A DNA stretch of 64,000 bases. Source: an uncultured Actinomycetota bacterium. Lineage in GTDB: Bacteria > Actinomycetota > Actinomycetes > Actinomycetales > Microbacteriaceae. Under the pieces are notes generated by a model, which did not search any database, was not told where the DNA came from, and saw nothing but the letters and a program-made list of their open reading frames with translations. Location: contig CAVUFG010000018.1 of NCBI GenBank assembly GCA_963740815.1, forward strand, positions 1,041,426 through 1,105,425, written 5' to 3'. A program made the position numbers and the translations under genes. This document shows positions 31,145 to 41,637 of this stretch, one piece after another (the stretch's first letter is position 1; each line of letters starts with the position of its first letter).

Positions 31145-32295
31145 CAGCTCGAGTACGCAGAGTTCTCGTGCACGTAGTCGTGCGTGAGGTCGTTGGTGAG
31201 GATCGTGGCGGTCGCGTCGCCCACGAGCAGGTCGATGCGCAGGTCCATCGCCCTCGGGGTGAGGTCGACCTCGTCGCGCGGGCGGTCGGGGCCGCCCTGG
31301 CTGCACACTCGCACGCCGTTCATCCACACGTCGACGTTGTACGGATCGAAGTCCGCATCGGTGGTTCCGATCGCGGCGAGCACCCGACCCCAGTTCGGGT
31401 CGTTGCCGAACGCCGCGGCCTTGAACAGGTTGTTGCGGGCGACCGAGCGCCCGACCTCGACGGCGTCCTCCTCGGACGCGGCCCCGGTGACCTCGATGCG
31501 GATGTCGTGGCTCGCGCCCTCGGCATCCCCCTGCAGCTGCGCTGCGAGGTCGAGGCACACCTCGGTGAGCAGCGCCGTGAACTCGGCGTCGGTCGGCCGC
31601 ACGCCGGAGGCTCCGCTCGCGAGCAGCGACACCTGGTCGTTCGTCGACATGCAGCCGTCCGAGTCGAGCCGGTCGAAGCTCACGCGGGTGGCCGCCCGGA
31701 GCGCAGCGTTCAGCTGCGCGGGCTCGAGGTCGGCGTCGGTGGTGATGACGACGAGCATCGTCGCGAGGCCGGGCGCGAGCATCCCGGCGCCCTTGGCCAT
31801 GCCGCCGATCGTCCAGCCGGCACCCTCGCGGATGGAGCGCTTCGGCTTGCTGTCGGTGGTCATGATCGCGAGCGACGCGCTCTCGCCGCCGTCTGCGGAC
31901 AGGGCCGCGATCGCCGCGTCGACGCCCGCGAGCACCTTCGCGCGATCGAGCTGGTCGCCGATGAGGCCGGTCGAGCACACCAGGATGTCGGCGCCCGAGA
32001 CACCGAGCGCGCCGGCGACGGCTTCCGCGGTCGAGTGCGTGGTCTGGAATCCCTCGGCGCCCGTGAAGCAGTTCGCGCCGCCCGAGTTGAGCACGATCGC
32101 ACTGACGAGTCCGTCGGCGATGACGGTCTCCGACCAGATGATCGGGTTGGCCTTCGAGCGGTTGCTCGTGAAGACGGCGGCGGCGTGCTGCAGCGGCCCG
32201 CGGTTCACCACCACGGCGAGGTCGAGGCCGCCGCTCGACTTGAGTCCGGCGGCGACGCCGGCCGCCTCGAAGCCCTTCGCTGCCGTCACGCTCAC
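31144..32295 (-). CDS. argJ: Ornithine acetyltransferase / N-acetylglutamate synthase
   Basis: [44 protein letters not shown]; GTG start overlaps the argC stop. Confidence 0.95.
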   Translation of the reverse strand: MSVTAAKGFEAAGVAAGLKSSGGLDLAVVVNRGPLQHAAAVFTSNRSKANPIIWSETVIADGLVSAIVLNSGGANCFTGAEGFQTTHSTAEAVAGALGVSGADILVCSTGLIGDQLDRAKVLAGVDAAIAALSADGGESASLAIMTTDSKPKRSIREGAGWTIGGMAKGAGMLAPGLATMLVVITTDADLEPAQLNAALRAATRVSFDRLDSDGCMSTNDQVSLLASGASGVRPTDAEFTALLTEVCLDLAAQLQGDAEGASHDIRIEVTGAASEEDAVEVGRSVARNNLFKAAAFGNDPNWGRVLAAIGTTDADFDPYNVDVWMNGVRVCSQGGPDRPRDEVDLTPRAMDLRIDLLVGDATATILTNDLTHDYVHENSAYSS

Positions 32296-33339
32296 GGTGC
32301 CACCCCATCCACGCTGAGTCCCATCGTCTCGGGCAGGCCGAGGGCGATGTTCGCGGACTGGATCGCCGCGCCCGCCGTGCCCTTGCCCAGATTGTCGAGC
32401 GCGGTCGTCACGACCACGCGTCCGGCTGCCTCGTCGACGACCAGCCCGAGCAGGGCGGTGTTCGCACCGACGGTGTCGGCCACGCGCGGCTGCTCCCCCG
32501 CCGGCAGCACGTGCACGAACGGCTCGTCGGCGTACGCGCTCTCCCACGCCGTCGGCGATCTGGGCGACCGTGACGCCGGGCTTCAGCCGTGCCGTCGAGG
32601 TCGCGAGGATGCCGCGCGCCATCGGCACCAGCACCGGAGTGAACGACACGCTCACGTCGACCCCGCCGGCCGCGGCCAGGTTCTGGCGGATCTCCGGGTT
32701 GTGGCGATGGCGGCCGCCGACCCCGTAGGCCGACGCGGAGCCCAGGATCTCGGCCGCGAGCAGGTCCTGGCGCAGCGCCTTGCCCGCACCGGACGGTCCG
32801 ACCGCGAGGACGGCGACCAGGTCCTTGGCCTCGATGAGGCCGGCCCGGACGCCGGGGGCGAGTCCGAGCGTGATGGCCGTGACGTTGCATCCCGGCACCG
32901 CGATGCGGCGGCTGCCCGACAGGTGCTCGCGCTGCAGCGTGCCGTCGGCGAGCGGGAGCTCCGGCATCCCGTAGTCCCAGGCGCCGAAGTACTCGCCGCC
33001 GTAGAAGGCTGCCCAGTCGGCCTCGCTGGTCAGGCGGTGATCGGCGCCGCAGTCGACGACGAGCGTGTCGGCGGGGAGGTGCTCCGTGACCGCACCCGAC
33101 TTGCCGTGCGGCAGGGCGAGGAAGACGACGTCGTGGCCGGCGAGCACCTCGGGCTCGGTCGGCTGGAGCTCGAGATGTGCGAGCGAACGCAGGTGCGGCT
33201 GCACCGAGACCAGCGGCTGCCCGGCGTTCTGGAACGCGGTGACGGTGCGCACGTCGAACTCGGGATGCGTGGCGAGGATGCGCAGCAGCTCGCCGCCCGC
33301 GTAGCCGCTGGCGCCGGCTACCGCAACGGAGATGGACAT
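32292..33339 (-). CDS. argC: N-acetyl-gamma-glutamyl-phosphate reductase (apparent frameshift near 32545)
   Basis: [35 protein letters not shown]. Confidence 0.94.
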
Positions 33340-33423
33340 GATGGACGCCTTCTGGTGGGCAGTGACAGGGGACGGAAGCGGCGACGGCTCGACGGGACCC
33401 TTGGGCCACCCACGATGCGTCGC

Positions 33424-33504
33424 CTAGCGTCGCTCGTCGCTACCGCGGCGGCGCAGGGCGGAACGGAGCACGAGGCTCGACGTCGCGGTGCGGATCACGG
33501 TCAC
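33424..33504 (-). CDS. Putative Arg-rich leader peptide MTVIRTATSSLVLRSALRRRGSDERR
   Basis: GTG 7 nt after a TACGCT -10 box (33517-33512); 7 Arg codons including CGC CGC CGC; stop 84 nt upstream of the argC ATG. Confidence 0.65.
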   Translation of the reverse strand: MTVIRTATSSLVLRSALRRRGSDERR

Positions 33505-33598
33505 GGTTGTGAGCGTACTCCCTCCCAACATGGGGCGTCGAATCGCTAGCCTGTAACGGTGCGCACACTGAGTGCGCGCAGATCAGAGGAGAACTGCC

Positions 33599-34258
33599 AT
33601 GGCAGAGCTTGACGGACTGCTCAGCGCGATCCCCATCGGGGACATCGCCAAGAAGCTCGGGATCGATGAGAACGTGGCGAAGGCCGCCGTGAGCGCCGCC
33701 GTTCCGGTGATCGTGGCCGGTATGGCCGCGAACGCGCAGGACAAGGGTGGTGCGAAGTCCCTCGCCGGCGCCGCAACGCGGCACGCGAAGCGTGGCAAGC
33801 AGTTCAGCCGCGTCGATGACGTCGACACGGTCGAGGGCGACAAGATCGCCTCGAACGTCTTCGGTTCCAACAAGCCCGCGGTCGAGAAGGAGGTCGCCAA
33901 GGCGAGCGGCATCGACCCCGACCTCATTGCGAAGATCGTTCCGATCGTCGCGCCGATCATCATCGCGTTCATCGGCAACATGCTGCTGAAGAAGCAGCAG
34001 GAGGCCGGGGCGACCGGTGCGGCTGCTGAGGAAGAAGCTGCTTCGGGCGGCGGCCTCGGGGATCTGCTCGGTGGGTTGCTCGGCGGTGGCGGGTCTTCGT
34101 CGTCGTCTTCCAGCTCTTCGTCCGGTGGAGGGATCGGCGACCTTCTTGGTGGTTTGCTCGGTGGGTCCTCCGGTGGGTCAAGCTCGTCGTCATCGAACGG
34201 CTCTGGGGCTTTGATCGGCCAGGTTCTTGGTGGACTGCTTGGTGGCGGTCGCAAGTAG
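33599..34258 (+). CDS. DUF937-like protein with Gly/Ser-rich GDLLGGLLGG repeats
   Basis: GAGGAG RBS; IPIGDIAKKLG...NVFG...LIAKIVPIVAP; low-complexity tail. Confidence 0.82.
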   Translation: MAELDGLLSAIPIGDIAKKLGIDENVAKAAVSAAVPVIVAGMAANAQDKGGAKSLAGAATRHAKRGKQFSRVDDVDTVEGDKIASNVFGSNKPAVEKEVAKASGIDPDLIAKIVPIVAPIIIAFIGNMLLKKQQEAGATGAAAEEEAASGGGLGDLLGGLLGGGGSSSSSSSSSSGGGIGDLLGGLLGGSSGGSSSSSSNGSGALIGQVLGGLLGGGRK

Positions 34259-34307
34259 CACCTCTCGGTGACGCCCGGCTTCGGGGTGTCACCCTCCAGC
34301 TCAAACA

Positions 34308-34354
34308 ATGAAACGAATGACCCCCGGCCTGCGGTCGGGGGTCATTCGTTTCAT
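34308..34354. terminator. Bidirectional terminator hairpin between DUF937 and pheT
   Basis: ATGAAACGAATGACCCCCG / CGGGGGTCATTCGTTTCAT 19-bp perfect inverted repeat; a smaller hairpin lies at 34267-34293. Confidence 0.8.
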
Positions 34355-34434
34355 AACTCGCGAGTCGGATAACACCCCTCACCCGGGCTGAGGTGTGCGT
34401 ACGGCGCGGGGTGCACTTGGACGGGATACTCGCG

Positions 34435-34556
34435 GTGGGTTGCCAGGCGTGGCGAGATGACAAAATCTGCCAGTGAAGGGCGCCGCGCACTAGCGGATTT
34501 TGTCAACTGGAGGCGCCGCAACGTGGCGCACGCCCTTCCGGGGCCGGCAACCACGC
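34435..34556. repeat. REP/MITE-like inverted repeat
   Basis: TGACAAAATCTGCCAGTG (34458-34475) / CACTAGCGGATTTTGTCA (34488-34505), 16/18 match; outer arms GGTTGCC / GGCAACC. Confidence 0.6.
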
Positions 34557-34563
34557 GTCCCGG

Positions 34564-37093
34564 CTACTCGCGGAGGGTGGCCCCGTAGCGGGCGGTGGCG
34601 GTCGCGACGGCGGCCAGCTTGGCCTCGGTGGCGTCGGCGGCGGTGAGGGTGCGGTCGGTGGCGCGGAAGCGGAGGGCGTAGCTGAGGGACTTGTGGCCCT
34701 CCGGGATGCCCTGGCCGCGGTAGTCGTCCACGAGAGTGGCGTGCTCGAGCAGCTCACCGCCGCCCTCGACGAGGGCCGCGAGCAGGTCGCCGGCGAGCAC
34801 ATCCTTCGGCACCACCAGGGTGACGTGCTGCGTCGCCGCCGTCATCGCCGAGATCGGCGTGGCCTGCTTGTCGGTCGCCCCGGCCGCGATGAGCGCGTCG
34901 AGGTCGAGTTCGACGACACCGACCACGCGCGGCAGGTCGAGGTCGATGGCGAGTGACGGCAGCAGCTCCCCCGCGTACCCGATCAGCACGCCGCCCGAGC
35001 GGAGCTCGGCGGTGCGTCCGGGATGCATCGCCTGGTGGAGACCGGTCACGACCGTGAGCGGAGCGGACACCGCGAGCGCGACCTGGCGAGCCACGTCGAT
35101 CGCGTCCGCGAGGCCGCTCGGCCACGGGTCCTGGGCGGGCTGCTTGGGCACGGCGTCGCCGAGCACGAGGGCGGCGACGTGCCACGGCTGCGGCGGGATG
35201 CTCGCAGTTGAGGGCGCCGAGCGCCGCGTCATCCGGGCGCGCGGTGCCGACCGGGAGCGGCCCGCTGCCGTACGCGGCGCCCGCGACCGGAGTGAACACG
35301 GTGCCCACCTCCGCGATCGCGAGATCGGTGAGCCCGCGCGACAGGTTGCGGCGCGCGATCTGGATCAGACCCGGGATGAGCGACGTGCGCAGGTAGGGAG
35401 TGTCTGCGTCGAGCGCGTTCGCGAGCTTGACCGCCGGCACCTCGCCCGCGTCGGCGCGACCGAACCGGTCGTTGGTCGCCTTCGTGACGAACGGGTACGA
35501 CAGCACCTCGGTCAGTCCAGCATCGGCGAGCGCCTGCCCGACGAGGCGACGGAGCCGCTGTCCGCGGGTGAGGCCGTGTCCGGGCGGCGCGATCGGCAGC
35601 ACCGAGGGGATGCGGTCGTATCCGACGATCCGGGCGACCTCCTCGACGAGCGTCGTGGCATCCGTGAGATCCGGGCGCCAGGTCGGCGGCGTGACGGTCC
35701 AGCCCTCGCTCGTGCCAACGGAACCGCGCAGCTCGACAGTCGCGCCGATCGCGGTGAGGGCGGCGACGGTCTCGTCATCCGTGTAGTCGGCGCCGGTGAT
35801 CGCGTTGACGAAGTCGGCGGGGAGGGCGATCGGCTGCGGGTCCACCGAGTGGTCGAAGAACGAGCCGACGGGGTCGGCGGTTCCACCACCGAGCTCCACG
35901 AGCAGCTGCATCACGCGGGCGACGCCGGCCGGCGACATCCTGGGGTCGACTCCGCGCTCGTACCGCTTGGCCGCCTCGCTCGGCAGCTTGTGGCGGCGCA
36001 CGGTGCGCGAGATGGTGATCGGATCCCAGATACCGGCCTCGATGAGCACGTCGGTCGAGGTGGACGTGATCTCGGTGGATGCCCCACCCATGACCCCCGC
36101 GAGCCCGACCGGCCCGGACTCGTCGGCGACGACGAAGTCCTCGGCTGCGAGCGTGCGGACCTTCTCGTCCAGCGTTGTCAGCGTCTCCCCCGCTGTCGCG
36201 CGGCGCAGCACGAACCCGCCGCGCACCTTCGCCGCGTCGTAGGTGTGGATCGGCTGCCCGAGCTCGAGCATCACGTAGTTGCCGATGTCGACGATGAGCG
36301 AGATCGAGCGGATGCCGGCCAGCAGCAGCCGCGAGACCATCCACGGCGGCGTGGGCCACGCGGCGTTCACGCCGCGCACGACCCCGGAGGTGAACGTGGA
36401 GACGCCGACGGTGCCGCGGACGGGCGCGGCATCATCCACCGTGACCTCGAATCCGGTCGCGGCCATGCGAGCCTCGATCTCGGGCACGAGCGCGGGCGCG
36501 GCAGCGGGATCGCGGAAGGCGGCACCCGTCGAGTTGGAGTACTCACGAGCGATTCCGCGGATCGAGAACGCGTAGCCGCGGTCGGGCGTGACGTTGACCT
36601 CGACCGCGAAGTCGTCGAGCCCGAGCAGGGTGATGGCGTCCTCGCCGACGTCAGGATCGAGGCCGAGCGCCTGCAGCCGCAGGATGCCGTCGTGCTCGTC
36701 GCCGAGCCCGAGCTCGCGCGCCGAGGCGATCATGCCGTCGGAGGTGTGCCCGTAGGTCTTGCGAGCGGAGATCGGGAACGGTCCGGGCAGCACCGCGCCG
36801 GGCAGTGAGACGACGACCTTGTCGCCCTCGACGAAGTTGTGGGCGCCGCAGACGATACCGCGCACGTCGTCCGGCCCGACCTGCACCTGGCACCAGCGGA
36901 TGGTCTTGCCGTTGGACTGCGGCTCGTCGACGAACGAGAGCACCTGCCCCACGACGACGGGACCCGTGAGGTCGAACGTGTGCACGTCCTCCTCCTCGAG
37001 TCCGACTCGCACCAGGGCGGCGTGCACGTGCTCGAGCGTGACGTCGTCGGGCATGTCGACGAACTCGCGCAGCCAGCTGATCGGCGCGCGCAT
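34564..37093 (-). CDS. pheT: Phenylalanine--tRNA ligase beta subunit (apparent frameshift near 35205)
   Basis: MRAPISWLREF, IVCGA, VTPDRGY, RYERGVD, EEVARIVGY, HPGRTA, FRATDRTLT. Confidence 0.95.
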
Positions 37094-38133
37094 CAGGCGC
37101 TCATCCCGAATTGCTGCGAGAACCGGATGTCGCCCTCGACCATGTCCCGCATGTCGTTCATCTCATTGCGGAACTGCAGGGTGCGCTCGATCCCCATGCC
37201 GAACGCGAACCCCTGGTACTCGTCGGGATCGATCCCTGCCGCACGCAGGACGTTGCGGTTCACCATTCCGCAGCCGCCCCACTCCACCCAGCGCGCGCCG
37301 CCCTTGGCGTTGGGCTGCCAGACGTCCATCTCGGCGCTCGGCTCGGTGAACGGGAAGTAGTTCGGGCGCAGCCGGATCTGCGCCTCGGCGCCGAACATCG
37401 AGCGTGCGAGATGCTCGAGCGTGCCGCGCAGGTGCGCCATCGTGAGGCCCTTGTCGATCGCGAGGCCCTCGATCTGGTGGAACACGGGCGTGTGCGTCGC
37501 GTCGAGTTCGTCCGTGCGGAAGGTCTTGCCGGGCGCGACGACGTAGACCGGAAGCGGCCGGTCGAGCAGCGACCGGATCTGCACCGGGCTCGTGTGCGTG
37601 CGCAGCACGAGGTGCGAGTCGACCGGGTCGACGAAGAAGGTGTCCTGCATCGCCCTCGCCGGGTGGTCTTCGTCGAAGTTCATCGCATCGAAGTTGAACC
37701 ACTCGTTCTCGAGTTCCGGTCCCTCCGCGATCTCCCAGCCCATGCCGATGAAGATGTCACCCATCTGCTCCATGAGCAGGGACAGGGGATGCCGCGCGCC
37801 GGCGCGCCAGCGTGAGGCCACCGCCGTGACATCCACCGCCTCGTCAGCGAGCCGCTGGGTCTCCTCCGCGACGGCAAGCTCGGCCTCTCGGGCGGACAGC
37901 GCATCCGCGACGCGCGTCTTGCCGATGCCGACGAGCTTTCCCGCGTTCGCGCGCTCGGACGGCGCGATGTCCTTGAGCCCGGCGTTGAAGCGGGCGAGCA
38001 CCGAGTTCTCGCCGAGGTGCGCGTTGCGCGCGGCCTTGAGCTCGGCGACCGTCGGGGCCGCGGCGATGGCCGCGATCGCGGCATCCGCAGCCGCATTCAC
38101 GGCCGTTTCGGTGATGAGGATGGGGTCTGACAC
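37093..38133 (-). CDS. pheS: Phenylalanine--tRNA ligase alpha subunit
   Basis: HPARAMQDTFF, LRTHTSPVQ, FPFTEPS, GFAFGMGIER; TAAACT -10 just upstream. Confidence 0.96.
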   Translation of the reverse strand: MSDPILITETAVNAAADAAIAAIAAAPTVAELKAARNAHLGENSVLARFNAGLKDIAPSERANAGKLVGIGKTRVADALSAREAELAVAEETQRLADEAVDVTAVASRWRAGARHPLSLLMEQMGDIFIGMGWEIAEGPELENEWFNFDAMNFDEDHPARAMQDTFFVDPVDSHLVLRTHTSPVQIRSLLDRPLPVYVVAPGKTFRTDELDATHTPVFHQIEGLAIDKGLTMAHLRGTLEHLARSMFGAEAQIRLRPNYFPFTEPSAEMDVWQPNAKGGARWVEWGGCGMVNRNVLRAAGIDPDEYQGFAFGMGIERTLQFRNEMNDMRDMVEGDIRFSQQFGMSA

Positions 38134-38190
38134 AAGTAGCGAGTTTAGTCGGGTGCGGTCTTGGGCCTGTGTCGGGCTTGCCGACGGCAG

Positions 38191-39145
38191 TCAGGCGCCG
38201 GACTTGTAATCGCCTCGCTCATCCTGCCCGTCAAGCGGGTCGCTCGCCCCGGCCATTCCTGCGCCGCCAAGCTGAGCGATGACCTGCGCCGCTTGCCGCG
38301 ACTTGCGCCCAGAGACACTTCGGCCGGTCCCGTTCTGCGCGCAACGATGCGCGCGACCCACGACAGCGACAGGTTCATGCCGAGGTAGATGACAACACCA
38401 CGAAGAAGACCGAGAACATGTAGCGGTTGCCGTAGAAGTTCGCCGAGCTGTTTCACCGAGCGTGCAGCAACTCCTCGTAGCCGAGGACGTAGGCGAGAGC
38501 CGTGTCCTTCAGCAGCACCACGAGCTGGGCGATGATGATCGGCAGCATCTGCGCGGAGGCCTGCGGGAATTCGATCGAGAATCGGGTCTGCAGCGGGGTG
38601 AGGCCGATCGCGAGCCCGGACTCGCGCTGGCCGCTGGGGCAGCGCTGCGATCCCGACGCGCAGGATCTCGCCGATCACCGCGCCGTTGTAGACGCGAGTG
38701 CCCTGACGCCGGCCCAGTACGAGCCGGTCGAGAAGACGAGCAGGATGAACAGCATCATCAGCAGCACGGGCATGCCGCGGAAGAACTCGAGCACGAGCGA
38801 TCGCGGGCACCCGGATGATCGCGAGTCGCGCGGTGCGCGCGAACGAGAACAGCATGCCGATCGCGATCGCGAGCACGGCCGCGGCGACCCGCCATCCGCA
38901 GCGTGTCGAGAATGCCGCGCCGAGGGCGCGCCATACCGCGCGGTCGATGAAGATGTCCCAACGCGAGCTCGGGTCGAAGAGCCCGGGCTGCGACGACTCC
39001 GCCCGCGTGGTCTCGCGGCAGCTGCGAGCAAGACGAACACCCAAACGAGTGCCGCCGACGATCAGGACGCCAACGATCACGACGCGATGATTCGGGCGAA
39101 TCGGCGGGCCTTCGGCCCCGGCACGTCGTAGAGAACGGTGCTCAT
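38191..39145 (-). CDS. gluD: Polar amino acid ABC permease, GluD-like (several frame breaks)
   Basis: MSTVLYDVPGP start, EFFRGMPVLLMMLF, YNGAVIGEILR, LLKDT fragments; 3' end estimated. Confidence 0.75.
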
Positions 39146-39802
39146 CGCAGCACCGCCACTCGCTTCTCGACGAAGCTTGGCGATCGGCGCCGAGGGTGAC
39201 GGTGACGATCGAGGTAGAACACCGCCACGGCGAGCAGGATCGCGATCGTGCGTCGCCGTCGTTTGTTGATCGCGGTCGCGACGGCGCCGAACAACTCGAC
39301 CACGAAGAACCCGGCCGCGACCGAGGTGTTCTTCGTCAGCGCGATGAGCACGTTGATGATGGGCGGGATGACCATGCGGATCGCCTGCGGCAGCACGATG
39401 AAGGTCACGGTCTGCCCGAAGCCAAGGCCGATGCTCCGTGCCGCCTCCGCCTGGCCGACCTGCACGCCATTGATGCCGGAGCGGATCGCCTCGGCGATGA
39501 ACGGCGACGTGTAGAGCGAGAGTCCGATCGTGGCGAGGATGAAGTAGCCGGTCTGCGGGTCGACTCCCGGAGCAGTCAGGTACGGCACGATACGCGCAGA
39601 ACGAAGAGCACGAGCGTGAGCGGAGTGTTGCGCAGCAACTCGGTGTAGACGGTTCCGAACCTGCGCAGGGGCGGCACGGGCGAGATGCGCATGGCCGCGA
39701 CGACGGCGCCGAGCACGAGGGCCGAGACACCGGAGATGCCGAGCAGCGCAGGGTATGAGGAACCCGTCGACGCAGCGGCAAGTTCTCGACGACGGCGTCC
39801 AT
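39142..39802 (-). CDS. gluC: Polar amino acid ABC permease, GluC-like (several frame breaks)
   Basis: MRISPVPPLR, ELLRNTPLTLV, AEAIRSGINGVQVGQAEAARSIGL, ALTKNTSV. Confidence 0.8.
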
Positions 39803-39888
39803 GCGCTCCTCTCGCGTCGCGGCGTGAGTGGTGGGCGAGTGGCCGGGAGCCGCCACGGGGCGACTCGCCGGCAGCTGTCGGATCTGAC

Positions 39889-40778
39889 CTAGTAGCGGTC
39901 GACCGCCGGCGGGTCCGGCAGGGCAGCACCTTGCCGGCCGTGGCCTCCCACGCCGCGGCCCAGCGGCCGTCCTCGAACGCCTGCTCGAGCACGTCGTTGA
40001 TCCAGATGCGGAAGACGGTGTCATCCTTGGTGAGACCGATGCCGTACGGCTCCTCGGTGAACGGGTCGCCGACGACCTCGAACTCACCGGCGTTCTGGTC
40101 CGCGAGGCCGGCGAGGATCACGTTGTCGGTGGTCAGGGCGACGAGCTGGCCGGAGCGGACCGGCTCAAGGCAGTCGGCGTAGTCGGCAGCCTCGAGCACT
40201 GGTCGCGTGTACTCCTGGATGTTCGTCTGCGACGTGGAACCGGTCGACGGTGCAGACCGTCGCGTGGGGCCGTCGAGGTCCTCCGGTCCGGCGATGCCCT
40301 CTGGGTTGCCTGCGGCACCAGGATGTCCTGGCCGGCCTCGTAGTACGGCCCGGCGAACGAGATGACTTCCTTGCGCTTGTCGTTGATCGTGTACGTGGCG
40401 ACGACGATGTCGACCTGGCCAGACTGGATGAACGGCTCGCGGTTGGCGGAGACCGTCTCGATCCACCGATGATCTCTGGAGCGATACCGAGCTGACGCAG
40501 CGATGATCTTGCCGATCTCGACGTCGAAACCCTCGGGGGTTGCCGTCGGCGCCCGCCAGGCCGAACAGCGGCTGGGTCGAACTTCGTGCCGATCGTGATC
40601 GCGCCGGCGTCGTCCAGCGCGGCCATCGTGGTGCCGGCCTCGAACTGGACTCTCCTCTTCGGGGCCGGCGTGGTCTCCGGCTCGTCGGTAGGCGCGCCGG
40701 AATCGGTGCATGCGCGCGAGGACGAGCACTCCCGCGACGGCGATGGCGGCGAAGATGGTAGCGGTGCTTGAATCTCAT
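39889..40778 (-). CDS. gluB: Glutamate ABC substrate-binding lipoprotein (several frame breaks)
   Basis: [45 protein letters not shown]. Confidence 0.82.
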
Positions 40779-40815
40779 CGGTTCTCTTCTCCTTGCAGTG
40801 CTTCCCGCCCACCGG

Positions 40816-41554
40816 TCAGTGGGCGAGGATCTTCGACAGGAAGTCCTTCGCCCGTCGGACTCTGGGGCTTCGTGAAGAAGTCTTCGGGGTCGGCCTCTTC
40901 GACGATCTCGCCGTCGGCCATGAAGAGCACGCGGTCGGCGGCCTTGCGCGCGAAGCCCATCTCGTGGGTGACGACGACCATCGTCATGCCGTCCTTCGCG
41001 AGGCCGACCATGACGTCGAGTACCTCGTTGATCATCTCGGGGTCGAGGGCCGAGGTCGGCTCGTCGAAGAGCATGAGCTTCGGATCCATCGCAAGGGCCC
41101 GTGCGATCGCGACGCGCTGCTGCTGGCCGCCGGAGAGCTGCGAGGGAGCTTCGTCGGCCTGGTTGGCGACGCCGACGCGCTCGAGCAGCTCCATCGCCCG
41201 CTTGTCGGCCTCGGCCTTCGAGCGCTTGCGCACCTTGATCGGTCCGAGCGTCACGTTCTCGAGCATCGTCTTGTGGGCGAACAGGTTGAACGACTGGAAC
41301 ACCATGCCGACGTCGGCCCGCAACTTCGCGAGGTCCTTGCCCTCCTTGGGCAGCACCTTGCCGTCGATCGTGATCGTGCCGTCGTCGATCGTCTCCAGCC
41401 GGTTGATCGCCCGGCACAGCGTCGACTTGCCGGATCCGGACGGGCCGATCACCACGACGACCTCGCCCTTGCCGATCGTGGTGGTGATGTCCTTCAGCAC
41501 ATGCAGTTCCCCGAAGTGCTTGTTGACGTGATCGATGACAACAAGTGGCTCCAT
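40816..41554 (-). CDS. gluA: Glutamate ABC ATP-binding protein
   Basis: [29 protein letters not shown]; frame break near the 3' end. Confidence 0.88.
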
Positions 41555-41605
41555 GGACTCACACAACCACACCCCGCGAACGAGGGTCAAACACTTGCGC
41601 GAGAC

Positions 41606-41632
41606 GTAACCAGACCGGTACGTGAGCGAAAC
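41606..41632. promoter_or_regulatory. GlnR-like box upstream of gluA
   Basis: GTAAC-N6-GGTAC-N6-GAAAC with 11-bp periodicity. Confidence 0.5.
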
Positions 41633-41637
41633 ATCGA

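Noticed and set aside
31144-33339. 731-aa ArgC-ArgJ fusion in the ORF track
   Set aside because: The true ArgC C-terminus (DNLGKGTAG) is in another frame ending at 32292, and argJ has its own overlapping GTG; one indel explains the fusion
34040-34255. T-richer repetitive stretch as foreign DNA
   Set aside because: It encodes the in-frame Gly/Ser/Leu repeats of the DUF937-like protein
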